Assembly (NCBI GenBank): GCA_903813345.2 | Contig: CAIIXF020000001.1 | Location: 14,074,001-14,138,000, forward strand | From: Owenia fusiformis | Lineage: Eukaryota | Length of the DNA stretch: 64,000 nt | Direction of reading: 5' to 3' | Notes under the pieces: generated by a model | The model's database searches: none | The model's input: only the letters and a program-made list of their open reading frames with translations | What the model was told of the DNA's origin: nothing | Part shown: positions 10,599 to 23,225 of the stretch, in pieces | Position numbering within the stretch: the first letter of the stretch is position 1 | Layout: each line of letters begins with the position of its first letter | Made by a program: the position numbers and the translations under genes

Positions 10599-12036
10599 TG
10601 AAACACACGGCTAATATTTTATTTTTCAGCATTACATTATTTTCTTCCGATCAATTTAGCATATGATATGTTGTAGTCCTGCTTCAATACCCTTACCTGG
10701 ATTATCTACTCTAATGACTGTTAGTCCAATAGCACTCCAGGATCTTGAAGCAAATATGATATAGGGCACCTTCCAATCATTTTCATTGATATTGGGCATC
10801 TGCATGAATGGCTTTGTAACACACTAGGCCTTTAGCTATAGCCGACGCATCGAAATTGTCGAAATTCTATTCTAAACTAGCGACTATGTGACTCAGTCAG
10901 AAATATGAACGTCGAAATTATTCCTCCAAAATATGAAAGCATGGTCATACTTATAAAAAAAAGAACACGGTAACCTTTACGTGATAAGATTGTACACAAC
11001 TGAATCAAATATGGATGATTTAAAATTAAAATCGATAAAAGTTGTACAAATAATTTAATCATCATTGATAGAGGAATATTTCTCAAAGAATGTTAAAAAG
11101 AGACGAGGTAAGTGCCTTACACTGGCGACGCTACACAGTGATTTGAGGAATCCTCCGTCTGTTTCTCTGACTTACTTTCCATTCGTCTGTCGAAGTTGTT
11201 GCCTCATGGGGAGGGGGGCAAAGGGTCTTTGTTCAAGAAGGAATTTGCAATTTACCCGCTCAGTTCGAAATGACCGCAAGTACTGATTTGAGGACTAATT
11301 CCATATTTCATGTACTAAATATCTAAGGAATATAGCGACGAAAAATAGGCCATCGTACTTGTTGGTTGAAATCTTACTGTCAAATGACTGACATTAATGG
11401 ACACGACAAAAACTAGAATATGGTCGTAAATTTATGCTCGGGGTTCTGTAGGGGCTCTACATCTGAAATTCACTTTATACCTGCCATAACAGACGCTGTA
11501 GTTCGTCGCACTTTTGGTAGATTGATGATGATAGTTTTACCCCGAGGCCCAGAGTGTAGTATTAATTCAACCATTGGAAAGGGGTTATAAGGATTAATAT
11601 GAGATACATTGTGTGAGGAACATTTGACATGAGCTGCTTTAAGCACCGATATTGTTCACCAAAGTTAAGGTTTAAGCTTGCGTCAGATGCGTTTGACGGT
11701 TGAAACTGCAAATGGGGGGATCCCAAACTGTATAGCTCAAACTATCAATCTATATCAATTTCTTTTGTTTTAGCATGTTCTTGGATCCTAACTAATTAAG
11801 TCCAACATGGTAACCTGATAAATTAATAATTAAAGACTCCTAGTTGTGTTGGTGTAGTTCTACATTGCTAGAGGTCAATCAGTCAATACTCTAGTGTCTA
11901 GAACATATGTTCGGTATCGGCACAAGTGTTTTATATAGAGATAAATAGATAAGGCAATACAACAAGACAATAGATCAAGGAAGAACGCATTAACAGTTAA
12001 AGTCTCGTGATTGATATCTTATAGAAATATAGAACA

Positions 12037-12825
12037 ATGGATGAACTCAATTCAAAATTTCAACAAAATTCGCTGGATAATAGCAGTACGAATTCAGATG
12101 GTACCCATTCTAATAAAAGTACCGATGAACTACTGAAGTCGGGACCTTCAACTTCACGGAAACATACACCTCCGACAGGACACAATAGTGATAATCCGGA
12201 TGACACATCTGAGAAGAAAAACATTCTAAGCAGACTTTTCAAAAAGGAAAAAATTGAACCAAATGTGAACGATTTATCAGCTAGAGATGATGCTCTAGCT
12301 AAGGTAACAATAGATACTCTACCACAGGTGTACGTGGCTAAATATCTTGGTTTCCGCTCTTGCAAGGGCCTGTGGGGGGTCCGGCATACCCGAAAACCCG
12401 TCGAAGAGCTGGTGGAATCAGTAGGAAAGATAAAACGTGGTGACGAACTTGCCTTGGTGCACATAGAGATAAGCAAGACTGGTATAAACCTTAAGACACA
12501 CCCATCAAACAAAAATACAAAATTCGAACCAGGATTTATCCCCATTGAATACATTTCTTATGGAGTACAAGATGTGAAATTTTCCAGAGTGTTTGCTTTC
12601 ATTGTTGTCAGAGAGATGTCAAAAGACTCAAAGAAAACAGAGTGTCATGGATACGTTTGTGATAGCACGTTAACTGCGCGTAAACTCGCTCTGTCAGTTT
12701 CCCTCGCCTTCCAACAGTATGCCAAGATCCTAAAAGGAAAACCACATGGCTTCCACGTTGATCTAAGAAAAGCTGCGGAAAAAGAGAAAGACGATGCCAA
12801 ACAAGATGAGGAGTGTGATGCATAA
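12037..12825 (+). CDS. PTB/PID-domain adaptor protein (LDLRAP1/ARH-like invertebrate type), 262 aa, single coding exon
   Basis: PTB hallmarks YVAKYLG, IEYISYG, RVFAFIV, ECHGYVCDS and ARKLALSVSLAF after a disordered N-terminus. Confidence 0.88.
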   Translation: MDELNSKFQQNSLDNSSTNSDGTHSNKSTDELLKSGPSTSRKHTPPTGHNSDNPDDTSEKKNILSRLFKKEKIEPNVNDLSARDDALAKVTIDTLPQVYVAKYLGFRSCKGLWGVRHTRKPVEELVESVGKIKRGDELALVHIEISKTGINLKTHPSNKNTKFEPGFIPIEYISYGVQDVKFSRVFAFIVVREMSKDSKKTECHGYVCDSTLTARKLALSVSLAFQQYAKILKGKPHGFHVDLRKAAEKEKDDAKQDEECDA

Positions 12826-14414
12826 GATGCAAACACAGACGTTACCACATCCATAATGCATAGATCGCCCAAGGAAACGTAATCTATTGAACATCTCAAA
12901 TTCATCGCCACATTCAGATACATTTACATTTACAAAAAAAATTAAATTAAATTTACATTTAGACACATTTCTTCGATATAATTTAGAATCAATACAAATG
13001 TAAACCATGACATTTCATTTCTTCTCAGCCATTTTTATAATGAAACAGAAAAATGTAATGAATACCAGGCTGTTGGCAACGATATTGGAAATTCTGCGTC
13101 CATAATTTTGTGTCTGATATTACCCCTAGATTCATTCAGAGCCTAAGATTTAAAATCTAGTTATTCTGGACGAGACGGTACAAAGATCCCATCCCAGGGG
13201 TACCATCGAATATAGTTTGACATTGCTTTATCAAGAGAGCTTCATCTACATGTGGTTATGCTCTGCTTACCCTATTACAAAGTAATTTCATTATGAAAAC
13301 AATGATGGATGATTATGCAAAAATGACTGTGGACCAGCATAAATCATGACTTATTATCTGGGGAGCAAAGGCTTTAAGCATTTCAAAGATACAAGACCGC
13401 GGTTTACGTAGCTTGAAAAAGAACATGTACGAATTGATGAAAATATGTATTTTGAGTCTAAATGATTTTAGTTACTCAGGTAATTTTGTGGTTTTCTTTT
13501 TCCTACCCAAAATTTTGAAAATATAAGGTCCATTTTTGTTAATTTGGCCTTTAAATTATGCCCAAAAAGGCCATTTTTAGAGGCCCTAAAAGCTTTTGGG
13601 TCCAAAACTTTTTGGGGCCCTAAAATAATTTTCTAGGCCCACAAAGGGGGATGGGCCATGGCCCCCTGGATCCGCCAGTGGTCAGGCAGTTAGAAATTGC
13701 TTCAGAAGAACTTAAAGAGATGCTTGGCCTTGGGTAAAAATACTCCCATTAACATAATTATATGAACATTTAAACAACGTATATACTTTTGAAAAAATGG
13801 TTTTGATGGTATTAATGTTCTAAATTCTAATAGGTTTAATGACTTTTTATGAAAATCGAAAGTTACATTTTGCTAATTTTGCCCCATTTACTTGAATATT
13901 TTCTATTATCTACGCGGTGCAAAATTGCATATCGGGTTATCGGGTAGTGTGGATTGTAAACGGTATCGTGTTTTCGAAGTGGGTTATAAAATAGGGGCCC
14001 AAATTTTTTTTCAGTAAATTTTTCCTGTCTCAAAATTTGCCTCGCCTTGTTAGCTTCTGGACCCGATAGTGCTGACTGTAAATCAAAAATCTCAACCTGA
14101 GATAAAAATCTCAACCTGAGATGCCAATGGCCCGTATCTAAGATAGAAATACAGTGCCTAATAAATAGTAATTCTTCAGAATGTAACAGGTACAATTATA
14201 CAGCGCAACAGATGTTCTTTTCGTTAATTATTACGATTTGTATTGGTTTGAACAGATGTTAATGTTGGAAATATAGTTCATGTGAAATGTAAACGCAACA
14301 CATGTTCATTGGAGTCAATATTACAGAATGCATTCTCTCTATTCAAAAGGATAGTGGAGACTTGATCCCACAATTCATTTACCTGTGTAGAGTACATCAT
14401 ACGTATATTATTAA

Positions 14415-14790
14415 AGGCAGAATCAGATCTATGGGGGTGAAAAAATTACAAGCAATGTGTACAATTGACCTACCAATCTATTCCTTACAATCTCAAATAC
14501 AATACTGTATCTCCCAAAAGATTGACGCTATGTTATAAATTGGTGAAGTTATAATGGATTCAAAGTGCAAAAATGAGTGAAAAATGTTTAAATTCTCCCA
14601 AATAATAAGAATGGTAACCATTCTTATAGAAAAATAATACGTTATTGTTAATATCTTTAGTTTTCCTGAAATAAAGTATGCACTTTGGTGATTCTAAGAA
14701 AATAGACATGAAAATGAATGACATGAGCCAGAAATATTCTAAAATTGAAATAATATTTTGTTTGGCTGCTCGCTAGATCTGATTCTCTCT
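14415..14790. mobile_element. Kolobok-like MITE, copy B (inverted relative to 541-907)
   Basis: TTAA|AGGCAGAATCAGATCTA...TAGATCTGATTCTCTCT|TTAG. Aligns to the reverse complement of copy A. Confidence 0.7.
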
Positions 14791-14927
14791 TTAGTGAACG
14801 TATTTATAATGAACATATTTGTGTGTATCTGCAAATTGTACTTTTAAGTACATTATTATTATTTGTTAATATTTTCCTTTACATAGATATAAGTGCATCA
14901 CTTATATTTAGGCTACCCCTGGAAGAC

Positions 14928-15027
14928 TAGCCTTGCCCAAGTCGGTATTTTTTTACTTATCTGATCTTGAATTCATAATAGAAATCAAGATAAGTAAAAG
15001 AGACCGATCGCGACTTGGGCAAGGCTA
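14928..15027. mobile_element. 100-bp hairpin MITE with a 9-bp TSD (Academ/AcademH-like)
   Basis: Perfect 17-bp TIR TAGCCTTGCCCAAGTCG / CGACTTGGGCAAGGCTA, flanked on both sides by CTGGAAGAC. Confidence 0.85.
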
Positions 15028-15335
15028 CTGGAAGACATGTAGTCTTACATATACTTTGCCCCTCCCTTTACGTGTTATCTTGCATCAAGCCTCACTATCT
15101 GTAAAACAACTTTCTCATTCTACCCTGAGTCTACCACTTTTGTTGTTTACAAAGAGTATTCCGGCTTTGAGAGAAAGGGGAAGAGACTTGGTTAGTCAAA
15201 GCAACACTCGAAATAAATCCAATATCAAAGAAAAGATGTCATTATTGAAAATACTATATTTACACTCAATATTCTGAGTCGTGCGACTCTGTGTTTATAA
15301 CAACAGCAATTACTCAGCTAACAATAGCAAATAGC

Positions 15336-17351
15336 TTATTTTACGATAGGAATTCCCCTCAAATCTAGCCAGCTGTTGAATAGTTCAACCGGTGCTTTCA
15401 GAATGTCTCTTGTTACACATCTAAATGCATTCTGCTGGTCAAACGTCAATAAACGTTTGGCCGGTAGGGATGATATCAAAAGGCACATCTTAGCTTTAAC
15501 ATCATTCATGTTATTTTTTTCTTGGGTCACGAACCTACCCAATTTAGAAATGAGTGAGTTGATTTCTTTGTCTGTTGTCCCCATTGCTTTCAACTCGCAT
15601 TCTCTTTTCAGATCAATAAACCAATCTGGGTAATCACTCGTGGAGTCATTCGTATAAATATCCAATGTATAACTTTTGTCTATGACACGATGCTTGTGCT
15701 TTTCGAATAATGGTTCCAGTTTCTCAAATGCTGAATATTTATGTCTGAAAGTAAGTTCTCGTAAACTTTCAATGCGGAGGAGTTTAGCTTGAGCTACTTC
15801 CGCAAGCTGAGTTTTGGACGCGTCAAAGTCTGCCCTAATTGTCTCTAAAAATATGTCTGGATTGGCACGTTCCAGTTGTTCTCCAGTTTCTTCAGTCGAA
15901 CTATTGTCGGATTTTTTCCGATTCATAATCATCTTTTCCTGCTGCTCCACCATAAGCCACACCGGTGGCTTTTTATCCACGACTATAATTGGCTCTGCTG
16001 GTTGATCAGTGTCTTTACTAACTCCGCCAAGTGGTCGTAGCTTTGTCATTGCTCTCAATGCCATACTCGTCTTCCTGAATCTCGATGTGGGCTTCAGGCC
16101 CCCGTGATCCCCAGAAGCAGCCCCGCGACTGTTGTTATCATTAGTCCTTGATGGAATTTTAATTTGGGAATTTAGGAGATCATCCCAGTTTTCTAGCTTT
16201 GGCCGCTCATCACGATTTTGTTTTGATGCTAATAAACGGGACGTAAATGCTAATTTTTTGTTGGTTGCAATTGTGCTGTGTGCAGGGGCATATGTTTTTG
16301 ATGCATTAGTTGCTGCATGTGAGGCTTTATCAGAAGGCAGGTTCCGATGAAAGGATGGCTCATTACGTACTCCTATTGCATTAGGATCATGGGCAGGGTC
16401 CTCGATATATTTAACAGAATTACTCAGTAACTGTTGAAGCGTTTTTGAAGTCAGTGGAAACCTTGATTTTAGATCCCTTTGCCGAATGTTCATCACTGAT
16501 GTAAGTATCAGCAATATATTTCGCATTTTTACGAGAAGGTATTGTCTCTCCCGTGCCCTGCGTTTATTTGCTTTCATCCTTGCTTTTCCCCTCATTGTAA
16601 GAATACCAGTAAAACCTCCCATCACATTAGAATCCTTCTTGCCTGTTAGCTCTCTGTATAAGGTTAAACCATCCCGTTCGTCCGTATAAAATACAGGAAA
16701 CTCACTCGGGGACAATGCTCTCATTTGCATTTCCATTTCACTTTCGTCTTGACATTTTGAATCGTGAGAGAAAGCAGAGGGTAGAATGTTGCAAGCATTG
16801 GGATCGTAGGTTGCTCCAGCTTTTACAGATGCGACTCTTTTATTGGATTCACCAATCATGTATTTGATTTGTTTGTAACCTGCGTCGGTACAATCAAGTA
16901 TCTTGTTCTCTTTTCCTTGATTCAAATCTGAATCATTGTCAGTATCGTCACTGGATTCAACGGGTTTAACTAATTTATTTGCTCCAAGCTTCAAACATTT
17001 TTTCATCAGTCTTGCTCCGTGATCAATACCGGGTGGCATAAGTGCTTCGAAATTTTTGTCTATTAGCCTATCAGTGTTTAGTTCTGGTTCGCCCAAATGG
17101 AGGTACCGTTTGCCATTATCACAGAAGAATCCACATTTCAGTTGTTCTTTACGGCGTTTAGCATTCTCGAGCCAATCATTATCAGAGGCAGGACGTTCAA
17201 CAAGTTCAAAATTTCTTGTTTTTATTTTCTCGGGAACGTACTTTGGTTGCTTCTTTAAATATTCATACCTGGCTTTGATTCTTTTCAGGACAATGCTTTC
17301 TTCTGCCCCTTTATGGTCCTTCATTTTTTGAACTAAACTCAGCATTTTCAT
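15336..17351 (-). CDS. Uncharacterised 671-aa protein, single coding exon
   Basis: 2016-nt open frame in AT-rich, non-repetitive DNA, with protein-like composition and a helical, hydrophobic C-terminal ~95 aa. No domain recognised. Confidence 0.85.
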   Translation of the reverse strand: MKMLSLVQKMKDHKGAEESIVLKRIKARYEYLKKQPKYVPEKIKTRNFELVERPASDNDWLENAKRRKEQLKCGFFCDNGKRYLHLGEPELNTDRLIDKNFEALMPPGIDHGARLMKKCLKLGANKLVKPVESSDDTDNDSDLNQGKENKILDCTDAGYKQIKYMIGESNKRVASVKAGATYDPNACNILPSAFSHDSKCQDESEMEMQMRALSPSEFPVFYTDERDGLTLYRELTGKKDSNVMGGFTGILTMRGKARMKANKRRARERQYLLVKMRNILLILTSVMNIRQRDLKSRFPLTSKTLQQLLSNSVKYIEDPAHDPNAIGVRNEPSFHRNLPSDKASHAATNASKTYAPAHSTIATNKKLAFTSRLLASKQNRDERPKLENWDDLLNSQIKIPSRTNDNNSRGAASGDHGGLKPTSRFRKTSMALRAMTKLRPLGGVSKDTDQPAEPIIVVDKKPPVWLMVEQQEKMIMNRKKSDNSSTEETGEQLERANPDIFLETIRADFDASKTQLAEVAQAKLLRIESLRELTFRHKYSAFEKLEPLFEKHKHRVIDKSYTLDIYTNDSTSDYPDWFIDLKRECELKAMGTTDKEINSLISKLGRFVTQEKNNMNDVKAKMCLLISSLPAKRLLTFDQQNAFRCVTRDILKAPVELFNSWLDLRGIPIVK

Positions 17352-17575
17352 TAATTACTATTCAATGTACTTAAGACATGTAAGATAATTCTTAGATTAT
17401 GTCAAAAGTATTTTGTGAAAATCATTTTGCTATTTGTTGACGTTGTGAAGTAATATATGTGTTCGTTACCAAGTGAGTTATTGTATGACGTATGTACGGT
17501 TCTTGATCATTGAGTTCTATTTCAGCGATTGTCGATTGGTAATTGTGATGTCACACCTATTTAACCTTTTCAACT

Positions 17576-17589
17576 GTCACCAAGGAGAC
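17576..17589 (-). promoter_or_regulatory. Candidate RFX X-box upstream of the 671-aa gene
   Basis: GTCTCCTTGGTGAC fits the X-box consensus RTHNYYWTRRNRAC, 225 bp upstream of the ATG. Confidence 0.4.
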
Positions 17590-19221
17590 ATATTTCACGC
17601 GATACAACATGAATAAAACATTAGACAAAACACGAAAACAGCTATTCCACCGAGAAGCAAATTCTGATGAACAAATTATTCCTCGATTTATTCATCATGT
17701 TGAGCATTCAAAGCTAGAAATAACAAAAACAAATCATTTTCAAATATGACCAAAGCGATCAACTGTCTCTTAAGTTTTAGTCAAATATATCATCTACTGA
17801 AATATTCATTCAAATCTGTCGGAAAACGTTTTTTATATTCAAACGGAAAACTTCATTTTTAAAAATACTGATGCAATGATACACTCTTAAGACAGGAGAG
17901 GGATCCCAAAGAATAATCATAAACCACATTAATTCTGATTCTGGACTATGCCTGTTACACTGTAGTTGATAACGTTTTTAGCCAGGCAATTGCAAGAATA
18001 GAAGAAATCTCCTCAGGAAGCAGCCAAATCTAACAATGATTCTTTGCTCAGAATACGTTTCCGAATAATCTTTTTCCTCGCCTCTAGGTTTCCTCTCAAT
18101 TTCCTGTGAATGTCCACCACACTTCGAAAAAATGCCCAAAGCATATAAGATATAAAATAGAATTCTAACGGGGGCATAGCTAGCTATAAGATAGACAACC
18201 GCCTCGCCAAGATTTTATTGAAAAACTTTTTGATAATTGTGAAAACAATTGTACCATAGTGATATAATATCCTCTTTGGTTTACGTTTTGCCTCGCCTAA
18301 TCAAGTTTGCCTCACCTGTTTTGAGTTTTGACTATGTCCATTAAGACTATACAATATGCGTTAAATATGCATTAATAATGTGTTTTACCAGTGTTGTGAG
18401 ATTTTCTGAGCATGAGGTTCCGTTCATCGAGCGCTTTCTAACAACAGAAAAAACTTCTAAGTAAGGCACAAAAGCTAAATCTGTCCGGGATGCTAGCGAC
18501 TCCACGGTTACACTTTACAGATGTAACATGAAAAAGTACAACCAGATCAATGCCCTATAAATCTAACAAATGATAAAACACCGGACTGTGCAATAACGAA
18601 ATGAACTACCGAACTGACTATTGAGTATATTCATTATTATTAGCAAGTAGACTACAAGCACATCATTAGCTATTTATGAGACTTTTCAACAGGAAATGTT
18701 ATTTGGCGTAAAGTTTTATTCTGCGATTATTTCCCGCAAAATAAAGGTCGTTGTTTCATTAATTCATAAAGAATGAAATTGCCACACGGTTTATCAACTG
18801 ACATAGGAGGGTGTTCATTTTTATAGCTACCTGCTTTCATACCTGTAATTAACCAGAGCTATACAATTAACCAAATGGCAAATAAATTACGTCAGAACAG
18901 ACGCTGTTGAATAGAAAACGATTTCTTTAGATTGACTATTCCCAATTTGACGATTAAATATTGAACGTTTTATTCATATAACACCCCCGCTTAAAGAGCA
19001 AGTCTACATTTTAACCATCGGTATACGATAATCAAGTTCTAATTGACGACATGGTTGAATAGATCATTTAGACCTAGGGTTAAGAAAATACCAGCCTTTT
19101 TATGATGGGAATTGATGTTTGATGTAAGGATTCATAATATTTTGAATTGGAAATCAAATTTATTGGAAACGTGTACCCACGGGTAGGCTACTGTAAGTCT
19201 AACTGGATATTAGCCTAGCAA

Positions 19222-19608
19222 TAGGGAAGACTGGGGCAAAAAGGGACAAGAGGCAAGAATGAACACTTGACTTCTCTCAAAAGTTTGTAAAAAATGAATA
19301 TACAGTGCCAGTGCTTCAGTTTAAGTATATACTGACTGAATGAATATGTCATACCACCTAAAGAACTGGTGCCCCGTCCTGCTCAGTGATGTCCTTATAT
19401 ACTACCCTGGTTACCCCAATCGCATTTGCTACAAGAGAATTTAGTCCTGAAAAGCGTTATCACCTTTTCTTCATATTTATCAAAACTATTTTTTAAATAT
19501 ATAACATGGCCTTCTGTACGTTTTAAAACCGAGAGTGTACTCATTTTTGTTGGGCAGCCTTTATTGTAAAAAGGTAAAAAGTGTTCCGTTCTACAATGGT
19601 CTCCCCTA
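19222..19608. mobile_element. Degenerate MITE with TAGGG(G/A)AGAC termini; a second right end at 20340-20403
   Basis: TAGGGAAGACTGGGGCAAAA versus GTGTTCCGTT...GTCTCCCCTA at both 19608 and 20403. Confidence 0.55.
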
Positions 19609-20726
19609 CGTTTTCACGATGAACAAATTACAAAAACAGGTTATTAAACTGGTTTCTAATGATTCACATACCCAATTGTTCTTGATAAGTAATCGATGAT
19701 ATTGATAAGTAACCTGAATAATAAACATAGACTTGCTTACATATTGAGAGGGTTGATCAGAACATTATTGGAGAATGATCAAATGATAAAACGTTTGGAA
19801 ACTTGATTGGATCGTGTCGCATATTCTTAGAAGTACTCTTCTAATACATCAATAAAATTAAACATCGATGTTGCATGACGTATATGTCGTATGTCGAACT
19901 TCAATGAAATTGGTATGAATAGCAACAGCAACTGCTTTTTATCAAGTGTTTAGTTTTGTTTAAAACAATTTGTAATATTCTCTTTGTTAATTTCAAAGTT
20001 TGCTGAAACAAAGTGCCATGAGTTTTATTAAAATCATTTGAGCGGGGTATGTTTCCCCAAAATGTTCAAAGAGGTTCACGTTCAATGAATTGCCCGTAAG
20101 TGAGAAGATATCAATAGAACAGCATATTTCTGTCCTATTTTGCCCGGCTACTCCTACACTATTCGCCACAAGAATACTTAATCTTAGAAAAGCGATCAGT
20201 CTCCGAGCCTTTCGTCCAGTGCCATCCGTACCTCCTGTGAAGGTACGCAACGAACGAAATGAATTTTGAGAATGAAAAGCGATATCATATCACAAGTTTA
20301 AATGCCGAGTGCGTACTGCGTTGTGCGCATACCCATTAAATTGTGGGACAGCCTGTTTTGTAAAACAATGGAAAAGTGTTCCGTTTTGCCACAGTCTCCC
20401 CTAACTATGAACAATATAGACTTAGTACATACAGACTACAGAGTACAGAAGAAAATATACCTGTACATGGTTAAATCATTTTCAAATAATAAAAACCTTG
20501 TCTCATTTGGACGAACATTAAGGTGCTATGGAAGTTAACAGGAAATGACAAAACAAAAAATGTCAAAACCATGCTGGATTTTGAAATGTTTTTGATCCAA
20601 GATAACAGAGTTCTGTTTGGACCTCCAGTCAGTTTTACTAGTTCCACATATCATTTACATGACTGGGAACACTATGGAAATGGTCAGAATGACCACAAAC
20701 ATGATGAAATAACCTTTTCAGCCCTT

Positions 20727-20948
20727 TGAAAATGTGACTGAAAAATAGCTAAGAGTAGGTGCTCAGGAAAGGTCACTGAACAGAATCTTTTGACATTTTC
20801 AGAAAATGTGCCCAATATATTGCTCTAAATGATACAATTTAAAAAAATTTCATATCATTCTTAGAAAATGAAAAAAATGAAAAAAACGATTCTGTTCATT
20901 GACCTTTCCTGAGCACCTACTCTTAGCTATTTTTCAGTCACATTTTCA
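20727..20948. repeat. Inverted repeat with 61-bp arms (1 mismatch) and a 100-bp spacer
   Basis: 20727-20787 is the reverse complement of 20888-20948. Confidence 0.9.
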
Positions 20949-22669
20949 CGCAAAAATATAAGAATGGCTATAGGCGTACTTAGCGATATACGAGTTGTCG
21001 TGAGATCATCCATGAACCTCAATATTACAGTCAACCATGAGAGGCAGGTCCGAGTTTTCTTCTCCATTAAGCACGTTTAAAGGTTTGAGAGTTGGTGTGG
21101 TACAAATTAAATAAAATGGCGTCGACTAAGTTAACACGGCTATTGAAGAGTCCCGTGACAGTATTATTTGTAAATACTTCATACCACGAGGAGAATTTTA
21201 TTCCAAGACCAATCAATTTCGAATAAGTTATTCAACGTGGATGTAGATCTAAAGCAAAAAGCAACCCCAGGGAGAGGGCATAGAATAACGATATCTGCCC
21301 CTATTGAATCAAAACGTAAGTTTATGCAAAAATATTGATAGCACACAGACGTGCGAGCTTTTATAAAGAATATATTTCAGTTAAAAGTAATTGCCCTGAG
21401 CCCACTGGTGTGGAAAGTATGGTAAATCATAATTTCTGGTTATACACGCAGAAAAACTCTAAAAACGGAGGATCTCAAAGATCACATAGAAAAAGTGAAG
21501 GTCTACATTCACACCTGTCAACCAACTACTGAAAAACGGCCGTAAAACTGCTAAACTATATTTTTACTGAAATTTACCGTATTTGGGGGTGGGGATTTGA
21601 CAAGTCTGTGACCTTGATTTTTATTTTATCTATTTATTTAGATCGCTTACACTCTTACAAAAAGGTGTATCAATATAAACAGTCGAGTCAGGAGCCATGT
21701 TATTACTCATTACTTTATTACTTACTTTCCAAGAAATAATCACACGTACAATGTTGGGGAGGGGGTAGGTCCTCGCCGTCTATTCAATGAAATTATAACG
21801 TTAACGTTTTGTCAAAAATACCGTTTTTTAAAAAAGCTGGAAAACTATCGTTTTCTTCAATTATACCGTAAAAACTACCATATTTTGAAAAATCAACAGC
21901 AAAAACCTTTTTTTCGATTCACTTCAAAACTCTAACAGTAGAAAAAGGTAATGTTTTTAATCTACAGCAAATACTACCTGTATTTATTCTTAAGCTACTA
22001 ATTGAAAGTGAATTTTCAGCGACTAAAGTGGCAGTCATTTTGAAAATAGGTGAGCTTTTGAATCAGAATTCGTAAAGGGATTTCTGCATTGAAGAGGAAC
22101 CGAAATAACTAAATACCGACTCAGGTTTTAAAACGTGCTACGTTTACAGACAGACGGGCAGACATACGAAGGGACGAATACGGACAGACAGGGCAGATTT
22201 GCAATGCCATAGCTAAGAAGGACGCTTATATACGTCTCTCATTGCTTGATAAATGAACAACATATTATATTTAGGCAAATTAGTGTTTTCTTTGTCACGC
22301 GAGACGTGTTTTTGTATCCCCCAACTTGTGCAACTTCTCTCAACTTATTTACCGTCTTGCCAGTAGCATGCGACTGCGTATTAACACAATGTGATACATC
22401 ATTAACTTCAATAGTGTCTCAAAGCTCACAGGCCATGAAGTCAAGATGTCAACTTCCAGGTCTCCATGGTTATTGAAGAATAATAATCTTAGACTTTTAT
22501 ATCATATGACAATATAATGTAAATAATGAAATTAATGAAACGATATATGGATATCCAATCATTGGCAAAATAAGATGGGTGTAAACAGGACACTCCATAC
22601 AAAAACCTTCATGTAAATGAAAACACATAATATTATTCCGTGTTAAGGATCGGACTGGCGGAAAAGGTT

Positions 22670-22750
22670 AGTCCAACCCAATGGGATTCGACCCCACGTA
22701 CCATCGGTATCTCCGGCCAAGAGCCAGACAACTCTGTGCAGTATGCTGCC
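22670..22750 (-). mobile_element. tRNA-derived SINE head or tRNA pseudogene remnant
   Basis: B-box-like GTGGGGTCGAATCCCA on the minus strand. No intact cloverleaf. Confidence 0.3.
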
Positions 22751-22889
22751 AGGGGCGTAGCCAGGCACTAGAAGTGAGTGAGGCAAATTTGAATAGGTGA
22801 GGCAAATATTGAGTGTGAGTCAATTCGACTTCATTCTTACTGTTTCTATTGAAAATATGTGTGCACTAATATTTTTCTGTAACATTCTT

Positions 22890-23225
22890 AAGTCAGATTT
22901 GAACTCCTGAGAACTTGGAGAAGGTCATTAAAGTTCAAATCTTTTTTGACCTTGAGAATGTCATTGAAGGTCAAATCTATAGCCAGCTTTGATTAGATGA
23001 TTTTGAAAGAAATTGGTCAATTTGAAGCTGAAAATACCCTATTGACCTTTTTTACCTTTGGAAGGTCATTGAGGGGCAAATGTCAAATCTAAAGTCAGAT
23101 TTGAACTTCTGATAACTTGTAGATCATTTTGATAAAAAATTGGTCAATTTGAAGCAAGTTGAAAAAGACCTTCTTGACCTTTTTAACCTTTTTGACCTTG
23201 TAAAGGTCATTGAGGGCCAAATCTT
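22890..23225. repeat. Degenerate TGACCTT/AAGGTCA-rich repeat
   Basis: Recurrent AAGGTCATTGA, TTGACCTT and AAATTGGTCAATTTGAAGC blocks. A similar motif cluster lies at ~41300-41670. Confidence 0.6.

Noticed and set aside
12060-13008. Minus-strand ORFs over the PTB gene
   Set aside because: Antisense shadows of a real coding sequence.
13004-13060. Sequence shared with ~54094-54150 as a possible gene duplicate
   Set aside because: Only ~55 bp of similarity and no open frame; probably fragments of an old dispersed repeat.
15376-17331. Plus-strand short ORFs over the 671-aa gene
   Set aside because: Antisense shadows.
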